A stretch of 64,000 nucleotides of DNA from Eledone cirrhosa (lineage: Eukaryota). Shown in pieces: positions 13,385-27,265 of the stretch. Under the pieces are notes generated by a model, which saw only the letters and a list, made by a program, of their open reading frames with translations, did not search any database and was not told the origin of the DNA. Numbering within the stretch: the first letter of the stretch is position 1; every line of letters begins with the position of its first letter. Position numbers and translations under genes: made by a program. Location: the NCBI GenBank assembly GCA_964016885.1, contig OZ024744.1, positions 80,166,001 to 80,230,000 on the forward strand. Direction: 5' to 3'.

Positions 13385-15874
13385 CTACAGGGTTATAAAC
13401 AGAGAAGGCCCAATCACTCGGGCCACTTTTGCCACATTCACCCACCTTTCAGTAAATTTACTGGGGTGCGGTGCCTCTCTCTCCACTCTAATTCTCCTTC
13501 TAAAGTGGTACCTAAAGAAGGGAATGAGCTGTTGTCCGGAGAGAAAGGCATCTGTCCTCAGTCCTCTCAATCTCGTCCACCATATAATCTCTTTTACCAT
13601 AGCCTCTATACAGAGGAAAACCGCCTCTCTTTCGTTTTTGAAAGAAGTTGGCGGTTTGATCCTTACTATGGACTCGGCAGTCAACTGGATTTGTCCCATA
13701 CGCGACAGCAGTTGTTCTGCGTAGTTCCACAGGTCGGTTACACCCGGGCAGTGTACAATTGCGTGCAAGACAGTTTCAATGTCCTGCCCGCATCTTGGAC
13801 ACGTCCTCTTGGAAGGATCCCTGGTAGAGCTCCTCGGTAGCACTGCCAGGCCAGCAACCTCTGGAAGTTGTCCATAGGTCCCGGGCGGAAAATCCTACCA
13901 AACAGACTGGTGAGTTCGTCGTCTTCGACGCCTAGAGTTTCTCCGAGCACGCTGTCGCCCTTGTGGCGTACTAACCCTCTATAGAATGTCGAAGTGGAGT
14001 CTCCACTGATTTCTGTGTCCGCTTGACAGAGGACTGTGAGCGCCAGGCGCCCATCTCTTCGGTCTCCGCTTGACCCAGGACTGCAGCTCCGTCAGCCAGA
14101 CAAGTTGCGGGAAAGCCTGTCTCACAAACTGTGCCCACACCGGTTGGTTGGTGAGGAATACCTGTAGATGCCGTAGCCTCACCGCATGTTTGCGTATCAT
14201 CAGCCACGGTATTCCCAGCCCTCCGTTGGAAGGGTGATGACAGTAGACGGATCTCCTCACTAATCGGGATTGCACACGTTTGCGCTTTCCCTACCAGGGT
14301 CTCGACGACATGTGCCAACCTCGTTTCCAACACCTTATGGGCCTAAAATTGCTTAGTTTGTCCCCCTTATTATCGTCTTTCCTGATCAGCGTTACTACTG
14401 CCTGCAGAACTGGGAATTCTCCCGTTCTGCTGCCAGTTGCAGTAGACGGCTTCGAGGACGCCAGAGAACAAGTCCGGCATGCCTATGTAAAACTCATAGA
14501 CCATCTAGACCGGGTGATTTGTGTTTCCCGCAGCGGCCCAGAGCGTCCCGTATCTCAGTGGCTGTGATCGATCTTTCGCAGAACTCGCGTCCATGCTCGA
14601 GAGACGCGGCAGGCCGTCGAAGTATGAACCGAAGTCCATTGCCCCGTTCGACGCACCCTACTCGAACAGTTGCGCAAAGTGCCGCTGAAAGGCCGCGCAC
14701 ATCCGCTTTGGGTCAATTAGCACGCGTCCATTTGGGTTTTTCAAAGACCGAATCGTGGACTTGTTTCCACTTTTCGCCTCTGCCACTTGGGCCCAACAAA
14801 TAGCTTTTGCTCCCTCGTTTTTTACTTCTGACCACGCAGCCTTCGTGTTTCGCGTCGAAGAATGGTCCAGTGCCATTCTCGTTGCTAGCACCCTAGCTAC
14901 GTTGCTACTCCTAAGCGCCTCCTCTACCTTGGCTACTAGTTCCGTTTCTGTTTTGTTTTTCTCTAAGGCTAACTCTCTGCTAAAGTCTATCGACTCTAAT
15001 TGCTTTCTTGACGGAGTACCACCATCTATTGTTGACAATGGCTCCCGTTAATTGTTGCTTAACTAATCTACTTATCCGTTCACTGTAGGCTTTACGTGTC
15101 GGTAGCGACACGTTCAGCTTCCAGTATCCGAGTCCTTGTCTATGTATTCTATCACGGTTGACTATGCAGAAGACTAGTTTGTGGTCTGAATAGGCAACCA
15201 TGTGCATTTGTGGACATCTTAATATCTTCTTGTCTCTCTCTCTCTAACAAAGAACCTGTCTAAATACGATCTAGATGTCCCGCTGCGGTTTTCCCACGTC
15301 CACTGTGGTGCAGTCGGGAAATACAGTCGATACCTATCGGCCAGGTGGAATTGGCTGATTAAATTTTTGAGGCTGTTGCACCCCACTCTACTGGGACATG
15401 ATCCTACATAGTCCCATCGTGCGTCTAAGATACCATTCCAGTCCCCCACTAAAAGCAAGGAGCGAGACATTCCCAGAAAAGACTCTAGACACTTAAAGAA
15501 GTCTGGCCGCGATTGCCCAGTCGGGGCATAAACGGCCACCAGTCTGAAGGCTCCACCTCCAACACTGTTCACGTCTAGGCCTACCAGTCTACCCTACGGG
15601 TCCAAGTGTACTTGCTGTACTTCGAGGTCTACGTTTTTCCGAAACATGACAACCCCTCCCCCCCCCCCCGCCCGCCACCTCCTGGCTGACAGAGAGATGC
15701 GTAGATCTCAAAATCATTGAAGATGGGGGTCAGCTGCTGCCTGTTGTGGATCCTAGACACGGTGATGGCTATCACATCCATATCGTGTGACCTAAAGTCA
15801 TTTAAAAGTTGGCTCTGTTTCCAGGGCATCCCTAGGCCATGCTCATTCACACTTCCAACTCGTAAACCAGCCAT
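13385..15874 (-). pseudogene. LINE ORF2 remnant (APE, partial RT, zinc finger), frameshifted
   Basis: Motifs MAGLRVGSVN, LVAVYAP, LLVGDWN, SYLDRFFV, SDHKLV, GYWKLN, KSPGLDGL, GGLG, CPRC..ETVLHAIVHC. Confidence 0.9.
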
Positions 15875-15915
15875 GTTGGTGGAGAAGAGTTGGCGAAAAG
15901 GACGAAAAGGTGCAC

Positions 15916-17410
15916 TTACCTTTTCGTTTCCTGGAGATCGGGTTGTTCGATCTCCATTTGGGTGCTGGTGGGGGTGTTGGGTGGGGTGGGGAAACATTTT
16001 AACAAGACGCGGTTGATTGGTTTTTGACAGGGGTTGCCCACGTCCTGCGAAATTTCATTTTTTAAGTCACTATAGGTTTCCATGGAAACCCTTATGAGTT
16101 TGAGGTGTGGAGACGATTCTGCTTTCACGAAAGTTTTACTCTCGGCCTCCACCTTGGGGTTTTGGGAGATGACCTCCATCAAATTCTTGTTGTTGGTGTT
16201 GACGTATGCGTATTGTTGCTTGTGTTTTTGTTTGTTGTTCGTCCGGGAGTTTTCTTTTTATGGTGGGTGCTTGAGTTTGGGGTGGTGTTGGTGTTGGTTT
16301 TGCTGGTAGGGGGATATTTGATTGTGGTGTTGTTTGTGTCGGTGGTTTTGTGTTGGTGTTGATAATTGGTGTTTTTGTGGCTTTGTGGTGCCTCTTTTTT
16401 TTTTTTTTTTTTTTTTGATTTTCGAGGCTGTCCTTCATCTTCACTTGGGGATGAAGAAGTAGCCTCGTCTGATGATGAATCGTCATCAGGAGCTTGAGGT
16501 AGGAGTATGTTGTGTGGTGATGGTATTTTTGTGTGTGTGTTTGCGGTAGTGTTAGATGGAGTGGGATGGGGTGGGACTGTGTTCTTCGGGGGAGTTGTCT
16601 GTGTTATTTCTGTTATTGTTGGTTGAGTGGCTGTTTGTTTTGGTGTGTTTGCTTGTTTTGTGTGTTGTTGTTGTTGTTGTAGTGGTGGTGGTGGTGGTGG
16701 TTTTGGTGTTGGTGTTGGTAACAGTATTTTCTTTTGGATTGTTTTGTTAAAGCGTGTCTGTAAAGGGCATGAGGCCTTTAGTTGTGATGTGCTGTTACAT
16801 CGAAAGCAGTGTGGTCGCCTCCCTTCAACTGAAATGTTTATGTGGCTGTTGTCGACCAGGACTTTTTCGGGTATTTTTGAGATTCTCTCCGGCCTCATTT
16901 GCACCAGAATCTCCAAATTTGTACCAGACCACGTGTATCTGGTTGACTTCTTGATGGAGAGAATGGTGTCCTGTCCCTCCTCTAAAAAACCTGCCAATAT
17001 CCACTAAATATTAATATTTGGGGGTATGTTGGATATTTTGATTTTCTGGCTTCTTTTTCCCAGGTAAGTAGGGAAAAAGGTGTATTTGTTCGAACTGATC
17101 GGAATCACTGAATACTTCTGAGGAGCACCGAAATGCTTCCATATTGTTTGGCCCTTTGCATGAAATCTATATCCGACAATATCTCCTTCAAGGTTGCTTC
17201 TATTTCCCCTTGACTGAGGAATGCCGGTTTTCTTGTTTCGTTTGAAACAGTTCTGAAGGTAACTGTCCTTCGAAGTGTTTCAAGGCGAATTTCTGGGGGT
17301 GAGTTTAATTTAAACCCACCGTTTTCTCCGAAAATGATAAACTCCTTTGCTTCAGAAAGCATCTGTCTCGTATTGGAGATATCGAGATCCTTGAAATCTT
17401 GTTTGTTCAT
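15916..17410 (-). pseudogene. LINE ORF1 remnant (gag-like)
   Basis: CFRCNSTSQLKASC degenerate CCHC knuckle followed by a Pro/Thr/Gln-rich tail, upstream of ORF2; interrupted by stop codons. Confidence 0.75.
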
Positions 17411-18220
17411 GACTGTTTGTGCAAAAGTTATTTTTGTTGTTGTTGTCGATTTTTTCCGTTTGTAGTTGTGTCAATTATTTTATTTTCTGTTGTTTTTGGT
17501 GTCTGTTGTACACTGTGTGGTCCAACTTTGTTTTTATTACATTCTTCACTTTCGTGAACAAAACTTTGTTGCTCTTATTGGCTTCCATAGTGACGCCGAG
17601 TACATGCAGAGCTTAAAGCAACGTTAAAGTTTATTTCATTTGTGACTGTTTCTGTAAAAGTTACTTTTTTGGTGGTGGTGGTGTTGGTGTTGGTGTTGGT
17701 GTTGGTGTTGGTGTTGGTGTTGTTGTTGTTGTTGTGATGGTGGTGGTGGTCATTTTTTTCCGTTTCTAATTGTGTCAATTGTTTTATTTTCTGTTGTTTT
17801 TGGTGTCTGTTGTACACTGTGGTTCAATTTTGTTTTTATTGCATATTTCACTTTCGTGAAACAAAACTGTGTTGTCCTTATTCGTTGTTTCATTGACACA
17901 GGCAGTCTATTCCTTTCTTTCTTTTTTCTTTCTCAACGCTCGCTAGTGTTCCTTCTACACTAGCCATTGCTGATGGCAAAATATAAAAAAAATTTTGAAC
18001 AGTTTTTCAAATTAAATTTTCGCCCTTGTGGGGGCGAAAAATGAGATTGCCACCCAGCTGACAATTCAGCCTGGGGGTTAATCTACAAAACAATGTTTCT
18101 TTTTTACAAGAATTTCTGTTTTTTATAAATAAATTGACAGAAACTTACCAGCTAAATTGTGTGATACAGAGATAGGTGATACAGAGATAGGTTATATATA
18201 TGTATATAGCCATAGAAAAA

Positions 18221-18274
<54 letters not shown>

Positions 18275-18321
18275 TACAGATAGATATATACAGATAGATA
18301 TATAGATAGATAGATAGATAT

Positions 18322-18680
18322 GTTTCTTTATTAGCCACAGGGGCACAAAAGAAGGGGAAGTTTACATACAATAAAAACGTGTAAAATATTATCACAAATA
18401 CAATTTAAAAGTTAATCGATTTTCCCCAATAGGGGGAGCATTTCATATGGGTAACACATACCCCCGAAAAAATGTGCAACCCTCATCTCCAGGAGTACGA
18501 AGAGTTTGTACCCCTTTCCTCTCTTTCTCTTTTTCCTCAACCTACAGGCTGATATAGAGAGAAGGCCCATTCACTCGGGCCATTCTCGCCACTTTCACCC
18601 ACCTTTCATAAAACTTGCTGGGGTACAGCACCTCTCTCTCCATCCTGATTCTTCTTCCAAAGTGGTATTTGAAAAAAAGA
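18322..18680 (-). mobile_element. Truncated 3' end of a related Tx1-like LINE, directly upstream of the long copy
   Basis: Homologous to 13150-13515; flanked by GATA/GACA repeats. Confidence 0.8.
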
Positions 18681-18834
18681 ATCAGCCACATAGATACATA
18701 GACAGACAGATAGATAGGTGATGAGTTGTTCTGTCTTTCGTTTGTTTTCCTATTTAAAAAAAAATCTAATGTTTCCTTTTCGTTTTGTCGTTTTCATTCA
18801 TTGTCTTCTCTTTGTTCGCTTTCCTAATTTTATA

Positions 18835-19019
18835 TACCGTATACGCTGTCGTAGAAGTCGATCCGACGCATAGGTCGACCCTTAAAATTCTGAGATGTCG
18901 TTAAGGTGAAGCAGCACGCATACTTCCACATTTTATATTCGGCGGACAAGTCGACCCCCGGCTTCGGAACGATATTTTTAGGCTCTAAATGTCGACTTGT
19001 ACGCCGGCATATATGGTTT
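18835..19019. mobile_element. Tc1-mariner/pogo-type MITE
   Basis: ta-ccgtatacg..gtcga / tcgac..catatatgg termini with internal gtcgac repeats. Confidence 0.55.
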
Positions 19020-19043
19020 ATGAATATATTTATAGAAAGAGAG

Positions 19044-19125
<82 letters not shown>

Positions 19126-20061
19126 CATGAGAGACAAAGAAACATGAGGAGAACTTTGATAAACAGAGAGAGGAAAAGAGTGAAAAGGAATCATTAAAAA
19201 GCGAGACAAAATGAAAAAAAAAAAAAACTTTTTTACTGATATGAAAAAACATAAGAGAGGGAGATGGTATAAAAATATAAAGAGGGGAGTGTGAAATAGA
19301 GAGAGATGATATAATCAGAGAGAGAGTATCAGAAATGCAGAGAGAGAAATAATCAGAAATACAGAGAGAGAGAGATAATCAGAAATACAGAGAGAGAGAG
19401 AGAGAGAGAGCACCAGAAAAGAGAGAGAGAGAGAGGATGACATAAGAAATATATAGAGGGGTGATATGTGAAATAGAGAGAGAAAAGTAGAGAGAGATTT
19501 AATGAGAAAGAGTAATACGAGATTAAGAGATTAGATGAGTAAGCAAAGATATGTTTTGACATTGAATGAAGGATTATATGAATAACTAACTGAATTGGGA
19601 AATATTGAAGAGAGTGAGAATGAGAAAAAGAATAAGACATAACAGAGAGAGAGGGAAAGACGGAAAGAAAGAGTAAAGAAAAATAGTAATAACGGAGAAA
19701 GACAGAAAATATGAGAGTGAGTGAGTGAGAGCAAATATTGTAAAACCTATAGGCAATGATTAGTTAATAGATATTGGAAAATTTTCTAGGGTTGCCTTCT
19801 GCACAAAGAATGCAATAGTTAAGTAGTGGCTAACTTGTTTTAATGTAAATTAGTTAGCATTATGTTATGTTAACTCGCACACTTTAGCCAACAGAATGTT
19901 TTGGTTGTACGTGTTAAACGTTTTAGCTATTAGTATATTAGGCAACTATGTAAGTAGCATAATGTTTTGTGTATGTGTGTTAAATCAGTATGTACAGCTT
20001 TCAGTAGATATAAAAAAGATGCTTAGATCAATGAAACAAAACTAAAGTCTCATCTATTTTG

Positions 20062-20181
20062 GTTTTATTTGATTAACAAGTCTGATGAGCAGATTGGGCT
20101 GGAGTTGGGTCTATAGTATTTACATAGATCCTGAGCCACTCATCGGTGAAACAGTCGTAACTGTGTATAATCAATAAAAAC
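20062..20181 (+). ncRNA. HHR-like motif with extended stem II
   Basis: CTGATGA at 20082; GGCT/AGCC and GGGTCTAT/ATAGATCC pairs; GAAA CAGT cgta ACTG T; G at position 17 and weak proximal stem I. Confidence 0.55.
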
Positions 20182-20283
20182 TTTAATGTGAAACCTTGCT
20201 TTATTTTTAATATATATACACTCTGATTAACATAGTGTGCTGGTTTGGGTACCTTCCGCAGTAACCCACGAATATACTGAACC

Positions 20284-20373
<90 letters not shown>

Positions 20374-20587
20374 AGGACATGAAAAAGAAATCTTAGTTTC
20401 ACGCTTAGGAAATATATATATATACTTTTTTCTGCTCCTAAAATTGTTTTTTTAATTCTAATTTAGTTGAGCTGGTTTAAGGACCAAAACGAAGAGCTAT
20501 TTTTAGCACCCCTGTTTGCCTGTACATTTGCCAGACAATATAATTGATATTTTGTGTATTGATCAAAGCTATTATTTGTTGTGTATG

Positions 20588-20628
<41 letters not shown>

Positions 20629-20635
20629 TTATATA

Positions 20636-21243
20636 TATATAAGATCAAAAGATGGTTAAAAGAGTTCCATGTATTTTATTATGCGCATTTCAAAAACAAA
20701 TATCATCATGCGATAACATTTGCGTTTTCGTCAGATAAAATAGGGAGACATGATATGAAGGTTAAAAAACACTTGTGAATAGTGCAGTTTTAAATCAACA
20801 TATGAAAAGTAGTTTTAGATTGGGAAAAAAATTGAGGGGGTGGGGTGGAAAAGATGAAAAAGAGGAGGAGATGAGAGTAAAAAGTGGAGGGGGAGGAGTA
20901 TAATGAGGAAGGAGGAGATAGGAGGAGAGATGGGTGATAGAGAGAGAGAGATAGCTTTTATAACTGAGAAAAATATATTGTTTTTCAGAGAGAGGTTAAA
21001 AAACCGTTGGAAGATAATATATAAATTAAAAGAATTTGAAAATTAACGAAGAGAAAAATTTTAGAATATTGTTAAATTAAGGTTTGTATATTGAAGGGTT
21101 TAATAATATGTGCGATGAAAAGAAATTGTTAATATGTATTAAGAATAATATTTAAGGGTTTAATAATATGTGCGATGGAAAGAAATTGTTGATATGTATT
21201 ATTACATTGCTTTATTGTACTACAATAAAACTCACCTCCTACA
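20636..21243 (-). mobile_element. Family C Penelope 3' region (HHR at 20674-20740, minus) joined to the inverted extreme 3' tip
   Basis: 20641-21200 is the reverse homolog of 26690-27265; 21205-21243 is the family C terminus in plus orientation. Confidence 0.75.
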
Positions 21244-21378
21244 TATATTTATATATATATATATATATATATTTATCCCAAACACTTAAATTGGGTTTAT
21301 AATAAAATATAACCTAATGTTTGTTGAGGGAGATGGTTACCAGTCAGAGATTAGCTTTAAACTATCTCTGTTATTGTA

Positions 21379-21514
<136 letters not shown>

Positions 21515-21528
21515 AATATATATATATA

Positions 21529-21562
<34 letters not shown>

Positions 21563-21711
21563 AATATATATATATAAATATAAATATATATAAATATATA
21601 TAAATATAAATATATATAAATATAAATATATATAAATATATATAAATATAAATATATATAAATATATATAAATATAAATATATATAAATATATATAAATA
21701 TAAATAAATAT

Positions 21712-21766
<55 letters not shown>

Positions 21767-21937
21767 AATATATATATATATAAATATATATATATATAAA
21801 TATATATATAAATATATATATATATAAATATATATATATATAAATATATATATAAATATATATATATATAAATATATATATAAATATATATATATATAAA
21901 TATATATAAATATATATATATATAAATATATATAAAT

Positions 21938-21992
<55 letters not shown>

Positions 21993-22029
21993 AATATATA
22001 TATATAAATATATATATATAAATATATGC

Positions 22030-22512
22030 AAAGTTTTATTTAAATTGTTGGGTTACAACGAGTAAATATTTATAACTGATATAAAAGCACTCAACAAGTA
22101 TTTGGAGTATATTTACGATATTAAATAAATGGAAACAATATTTATAAAACCATATGTATTTCACTATATATATTTCAGGGATATCATATTAAAAATATGG
22201 TATGCCTTCATCAGACAAAATACAATATAAACAGTCTTATAAATAGATAGATTTGACATACCTTACACTTCAACTTCCATTTAAAAAGTTGATTTTAAAA
22301 AGTTGATTTTAAAAAGTTGGTTTGGTACCAAATCAACTTTTTAAATGGAAGTTGAAGTGTAAGGTATGTCAAATCTATCTATTTATAAGACTGTTTATAT
22401 TGTATTTTGTCTGATGAAGGCATACCATATTTTTAATATGATATCCCTGAAATATATATATAGTGAAATAAATATGGTTTTATAAATATAGTTTCCATTT
22501 ATTTAATATCGT
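22030..22512. mobile_element. Family D fold-back module with HHRs at 22159-22220 (minus) and 22405-22468 (plus)
   Basis: Inverted arms of ~190 bp; ttttgt CTGATGA AGG..CCT GAAA TATATATA T A gtgaaa. Confidence 0.8.
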
Positions 22513-22574
22513 ATATATAAATATATATATATATATATAAATATATATATAAATATATATATAAATATAAATAT

Positions 22575-22605
<31 letters not shown>

Positions 22606-22758
22606 AATATATATATATAAAAATGTATATATATATATAAATATATATATATAAAAATGTATATATATAAAAATGTATATATATATAAATATATATATAT
22701 ATATAAATATATATATATAAAAATGTATATATATATAAATATATATATATATATAAAT

Positions 22759-22789
<31 letters not shown>

Positions 22790-22800
22790 AATATAAATAT

Positions 22801-22925
<125 letters not shown>

Positions 22926-22982
22926 TATATATATAAATATATATATAAATATATATATATATAAATATATATATATATAAAT

Positions 22983-23013
<31 letters not shown>

Positions 23014-23035
23014 AATATATTATATATATATAAAT

Positions 23036-23066
<31 letters not shown>

Positions 23067-23090
23067 AATATATTATATATATATAAATAT

Positions 23091-23121
<31 letters not shown>

Positions 23122-23227
23122 AATATATATATAAATATAAATATATTATATATATAAATATATATATATATATAAATATATATATAAATATAAATATATA
23201 TATAAATATAAATATAAATATATATAT

Positions 23228-23304
<77 letters not shown>

Positions 23305-23481
23305 AATATATATAAATATATATATATAAATATATATAAATATATATATATAAATATATATAAATATATATATATATATATAAATATATATAAATATATA
23401 TAAATATATATAAATATATATAAATATATATATATATAAATATATATAAATATATATATATATAAATATATATAAATATAT

Positions 23482-23526
<45 letters not shown>

Positions 23527-23559
23527 TATATATATGTATATATAAATATATATATATAA

Positions 23560-24650
23560 ACACTTCGGCAGCATGCAGAATCCGATCAAATATATCGTCA
23601 ACCGCACGTAATTAGTAGTAAAATTAAACTTAGAAGAAATGCGCACATACCGTAATTATATCTCTACCATGGTTTCTTCCTTGTTTAGGACATCCAAATA
23701 ATATGGATTTGCCTTGAGTCAGGAATCATCAGGAGATGATTGCTAGATTTGATTATGTATATGGTTAATTATGCTGATTAGAAGAAGAAATAGTATATAT
23801 TTTAATATCTGATTGATTCTATAGACATGATTTATGATATAATGCTCTGATTTTTTTTATTTTAATTTATTAATTCTTCATTGAGCTTAAAAGTGAACAG
23901 TTGCAACACATATATGTATCTTTGATTTAATTTAATTTAATTTTATGTATGTGATAACCTATATATTTAATAATCTCCCTATCGGTTGAGATTAAATTTG
24001 GCGATATATGGCTGCGCTTTCTAGCAGCATGCCTACCCGCCGTAAGCAACCAATCACACGCTTTCTCTCTGGCTGGTACACAGCTACATAGCGATCTTAG
24101 CCATTTTTTTATCTAAATTTGGCGCGGTCGGTCTGAGAAATTAAATGTCTATTTCTGAGTTTGTCTCCTGATGATTCCTGACTCAAGGCAAATCCATATT
24201 ATTTGGATGTCCTAAACAAAGAAGAAACCATGGTAGAGATATAATTACGGTATGTGCGCATTTCTTCTAAGTTTAATTTTACTACTAATTACGTGCGGTT
24301 GACAATATATTTGATCGGATTCTGCATGCTGCCGAAGTGTTTGATAAATAGTGGAACGGAGCTACCGCGAACTAGCTGCGATCAATTATTTGTCGGAGAT
24401 TTCCCCGTTAGAAAATTTATTCTTAAAGCTTGCTAGATTTGATTATGTATATGGTTAATTATGCTGATTAGAAGAAGAAATAGTATATATTTTAATATCT
24501 GATTGATTCTATAGACATGATTTATGATATAATGCTGATTTTTTTATTTTAATTTATTAATTCTTCATTGAGCTTAAAAGTGAACAGTTGCAACACATAT
24601 ATGTATCTTTGATTTAATTTAATTTAATTTTATGTATGTGATAACCTATA
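23560..24650 (+). mobile_element. Retrozyme-like unit (690-bp period) with an inverted 5' arm
   Basis: 23740-23963 repeats at 24430-24650; 23560-23737 is the inverse of 24163-24342. Confidence 0.75.
24163..24240 (+). ncRNA. Type I hammerhead ribozyme (inverted copy at 23660-23737)
   Basis: gtctc CTGATGA ttc..ATCCA tattatt TGGAT..gaa GAAA CCATGG T A gagat. Confidence 0.8.
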
Positions 24651-24663
24651 TATATATATAAAT

Positions 24664-24694
<31 letters not shown>

Positions 24695-24725
24695 AATATA
24701 TATATATATACATATATATATATAA

Positions 24726-24779
<54 letters not shown>

Positions 24780-24806
24780 GTATAAATATATATATATATA
24801 TATGTA

Positions 24807-24870
<64 letters not shown>

Positions 24871-24919
24871 TATATATATATAAATATATATATATATAAA
24901 TATTTATATATATATATAA

Positions 24920-25034
<115 letters not shown>

Positions 25035-25035
25035 A

Positions 25036-25068
<33 letters not shown>

Positions 25069-25079
25069 AATATATATAA

Positions 25080-25112
<33 letters not shown>

Positions 25113-25113
25113 A

Positions 25114-25168
<55 letters not shown>

Positions 25169-25169
25169 A

Positions 25170-25200
<31 letters not shown>

Positions 25201-25267
25201 AATATATATATAAATATATATATATAAATATATATAAATATATATATATAAATATATATAAATATAT

Positions 25268-25338
<71 letters not shown>

Positions 25339-25460
25339 TAAATAATAACAATAGTAAGCCCGACGTCAATGTTAACTCTAGGCTAGATTCCGTAAATTTA
25401 AATACGACGTCAAACGTAACTTTGTCGAATGTTCATAATACCAATCTAAATCAGGAAACT

Positions 25461-25737
25461 TTAGCATTTATCTAAGGCCCTAAAAAATAGTTTAGGAATA
25501 TTACTAATAATAGATAGAGAAAAAGGAGCGTTGTACCAAATCATATTTTTATATCTAGGTCTTTTCCTTATGCTATTGGAATGCTTATAACTAACTATAT
25601 TACTATAAGTTCCTCCATGATTGGTTTCTTTACGGTATTTATTTTTCAGGATAACCGGCTCTTGAAAGCGCATTGTTGTAATAATTGGCATTAGCGTCAA
25701 AGATAAGTTTATTAGAAGATAGATTAGAGATTATTTT
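25461..25737 (-). pseudogene. Inverted upstream fragment of the same Penelope ORF (RT thumb/linker)
   Basis: Minus strand encodes ISNLSSNKLIF..YYNNALSRAGY and RKR..MIWYNAPFS...LDKC. Confidence 0.7.
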
Positions 25738-26206
25738 TTCAACAACTAATAACTCTGGTAATTTCTCTAATCGTAATTGCAATTGCTCTATTAGAACTAA
25801 ATGTCCTCTTAGTAACCAATGTCTTGATAAAAATTTAGTGTATGAATGTAAGGTTATAACTGGTACTAATTCTTTTACCTATTTTGATTCCACTTCCAGT
25901 TCCTTTAAGGCAAGATTTTATAATCACAATTCTTCTTTTAAATACCAACTTAAAAGAACTAACACAGCACTCTCAGAACTCATGTGGTCCTCAAAGGACA
26001 AAAATATTAACTACAACATTTCTTGGAGAAAGGTTTGCAACGCCTCTCCTTACCTTAATTCTTCCCTATCCAAAACATGTAATCTCTGCCTAGCGGAGAA
26101 ATTTACCATTATCTCTAATTTTAATTCTATAATAAATAGACGTACGGATTTATTTTCGCTCTGCTTGCATAAATCCCATAGAACTTTCCATAAAGTATAC
26201 AGCTAA
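25738..26206 (+). pseudogene. GIY-YIG endonuclease domain of a Penelope-like element
   Basis: CNCxxxxxCPL..CL..NLVY..TYF.ST..FK.RFYNH..SF..T.LS..W..CNLCL.EK..N.R..C.H. Confidence 0.85.
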
Positions 26207-27265
26207 TATCTTACTACCTAATTAGTTTAAAACCTTTTTTTTTCTCAAACACTTTTATATTGTTTACAAATATACCCATCTTTCTACCTTATTTCAGTAT
26301 ATTTTACAATATTACTCATACTATGTCGTTAGAGGCCCCTAATTTTCTTCTTTTTTAATTTCTAATCTTTAATCTGCAACTTTTACTTCTCAATTACTTC
26401 TTCATTCATCTTATAACTCACTATAGCATTTTCCTTATATTCTCGGCCAAACAAATTTTTATTTTTAATATATACTAATATTACCATTAGAGAAAATTTG
26501 TAAACATATTTTTTTGACGTTATATATTTTTTCTTCCTTGAATTTTTTCTTTCTTCTCTCCTTCCATGCTCGTATTAAATCTATTATTTACTTTTTCCTA
26601 TAACAATATATAGAAACAAACTTGGACCCCAATTAATTCCGCTAAGTTCATAATTCATTTAACCTTATCTTCTTAATATATTTTATTTTAATAATACATT
26701 TTAATAAATTCCTTTTCGCACATCTTATTAAACCCTTCAATATATAAACCTTAAATAAATAGTATTCTTAATTCCTTTTTCTTTAATCATAAGCATCACC
26801 ATTCATAAACCTCATTAATTTTTAATTTCTTAATTTTTTTAAATTATGTATTATCTTACAACGGTTTTTTTCTCTCTGTGAGACAGTGTTTCTCAGTATT
26901 AAAGGCTATCTCTCTCTCTCTCTCTCACTCTTTTTCTCCTTCTCTCATCCTTCCTTATTATACTCCTCCTGCGTCATCCTTTCCTTATTATTATATTTTT
27001 TTCTTCTATCTATATATTTTTCTTCCTCTTCCTTACCTCTTCTTTCCCCCTTCCTTTCCTTTTTTCCCAATCTCATATATCCATCTTATTTTATTTTTCA
27101 TATGTTGATTTAACACTTCACTGCTCGCAAGTGTTTTTTAAGCTTCATATCATGTTTCCCTATTGTATCTGATGAGAACGCAAATATCATCCAATGATGA
27201 TATTTGTTTTTGAAATGCGCATACTAAAATACATGGAACTTTTTTAACCATCTTTTGATTTTATA

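Larger units (their letters stand above)
13150..18150 (-). mobile_element. Near full-length degenerate L1-clade (Tx1-like) LINE with internal RT deletion
   Basis: ORF1 with zinc knuckle, APE endonuclease, partial RT and C-terminal CCHC motif, all colinear on the minus strand; other 3' end copies elsewhere in the window. Confidence 0.9.
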
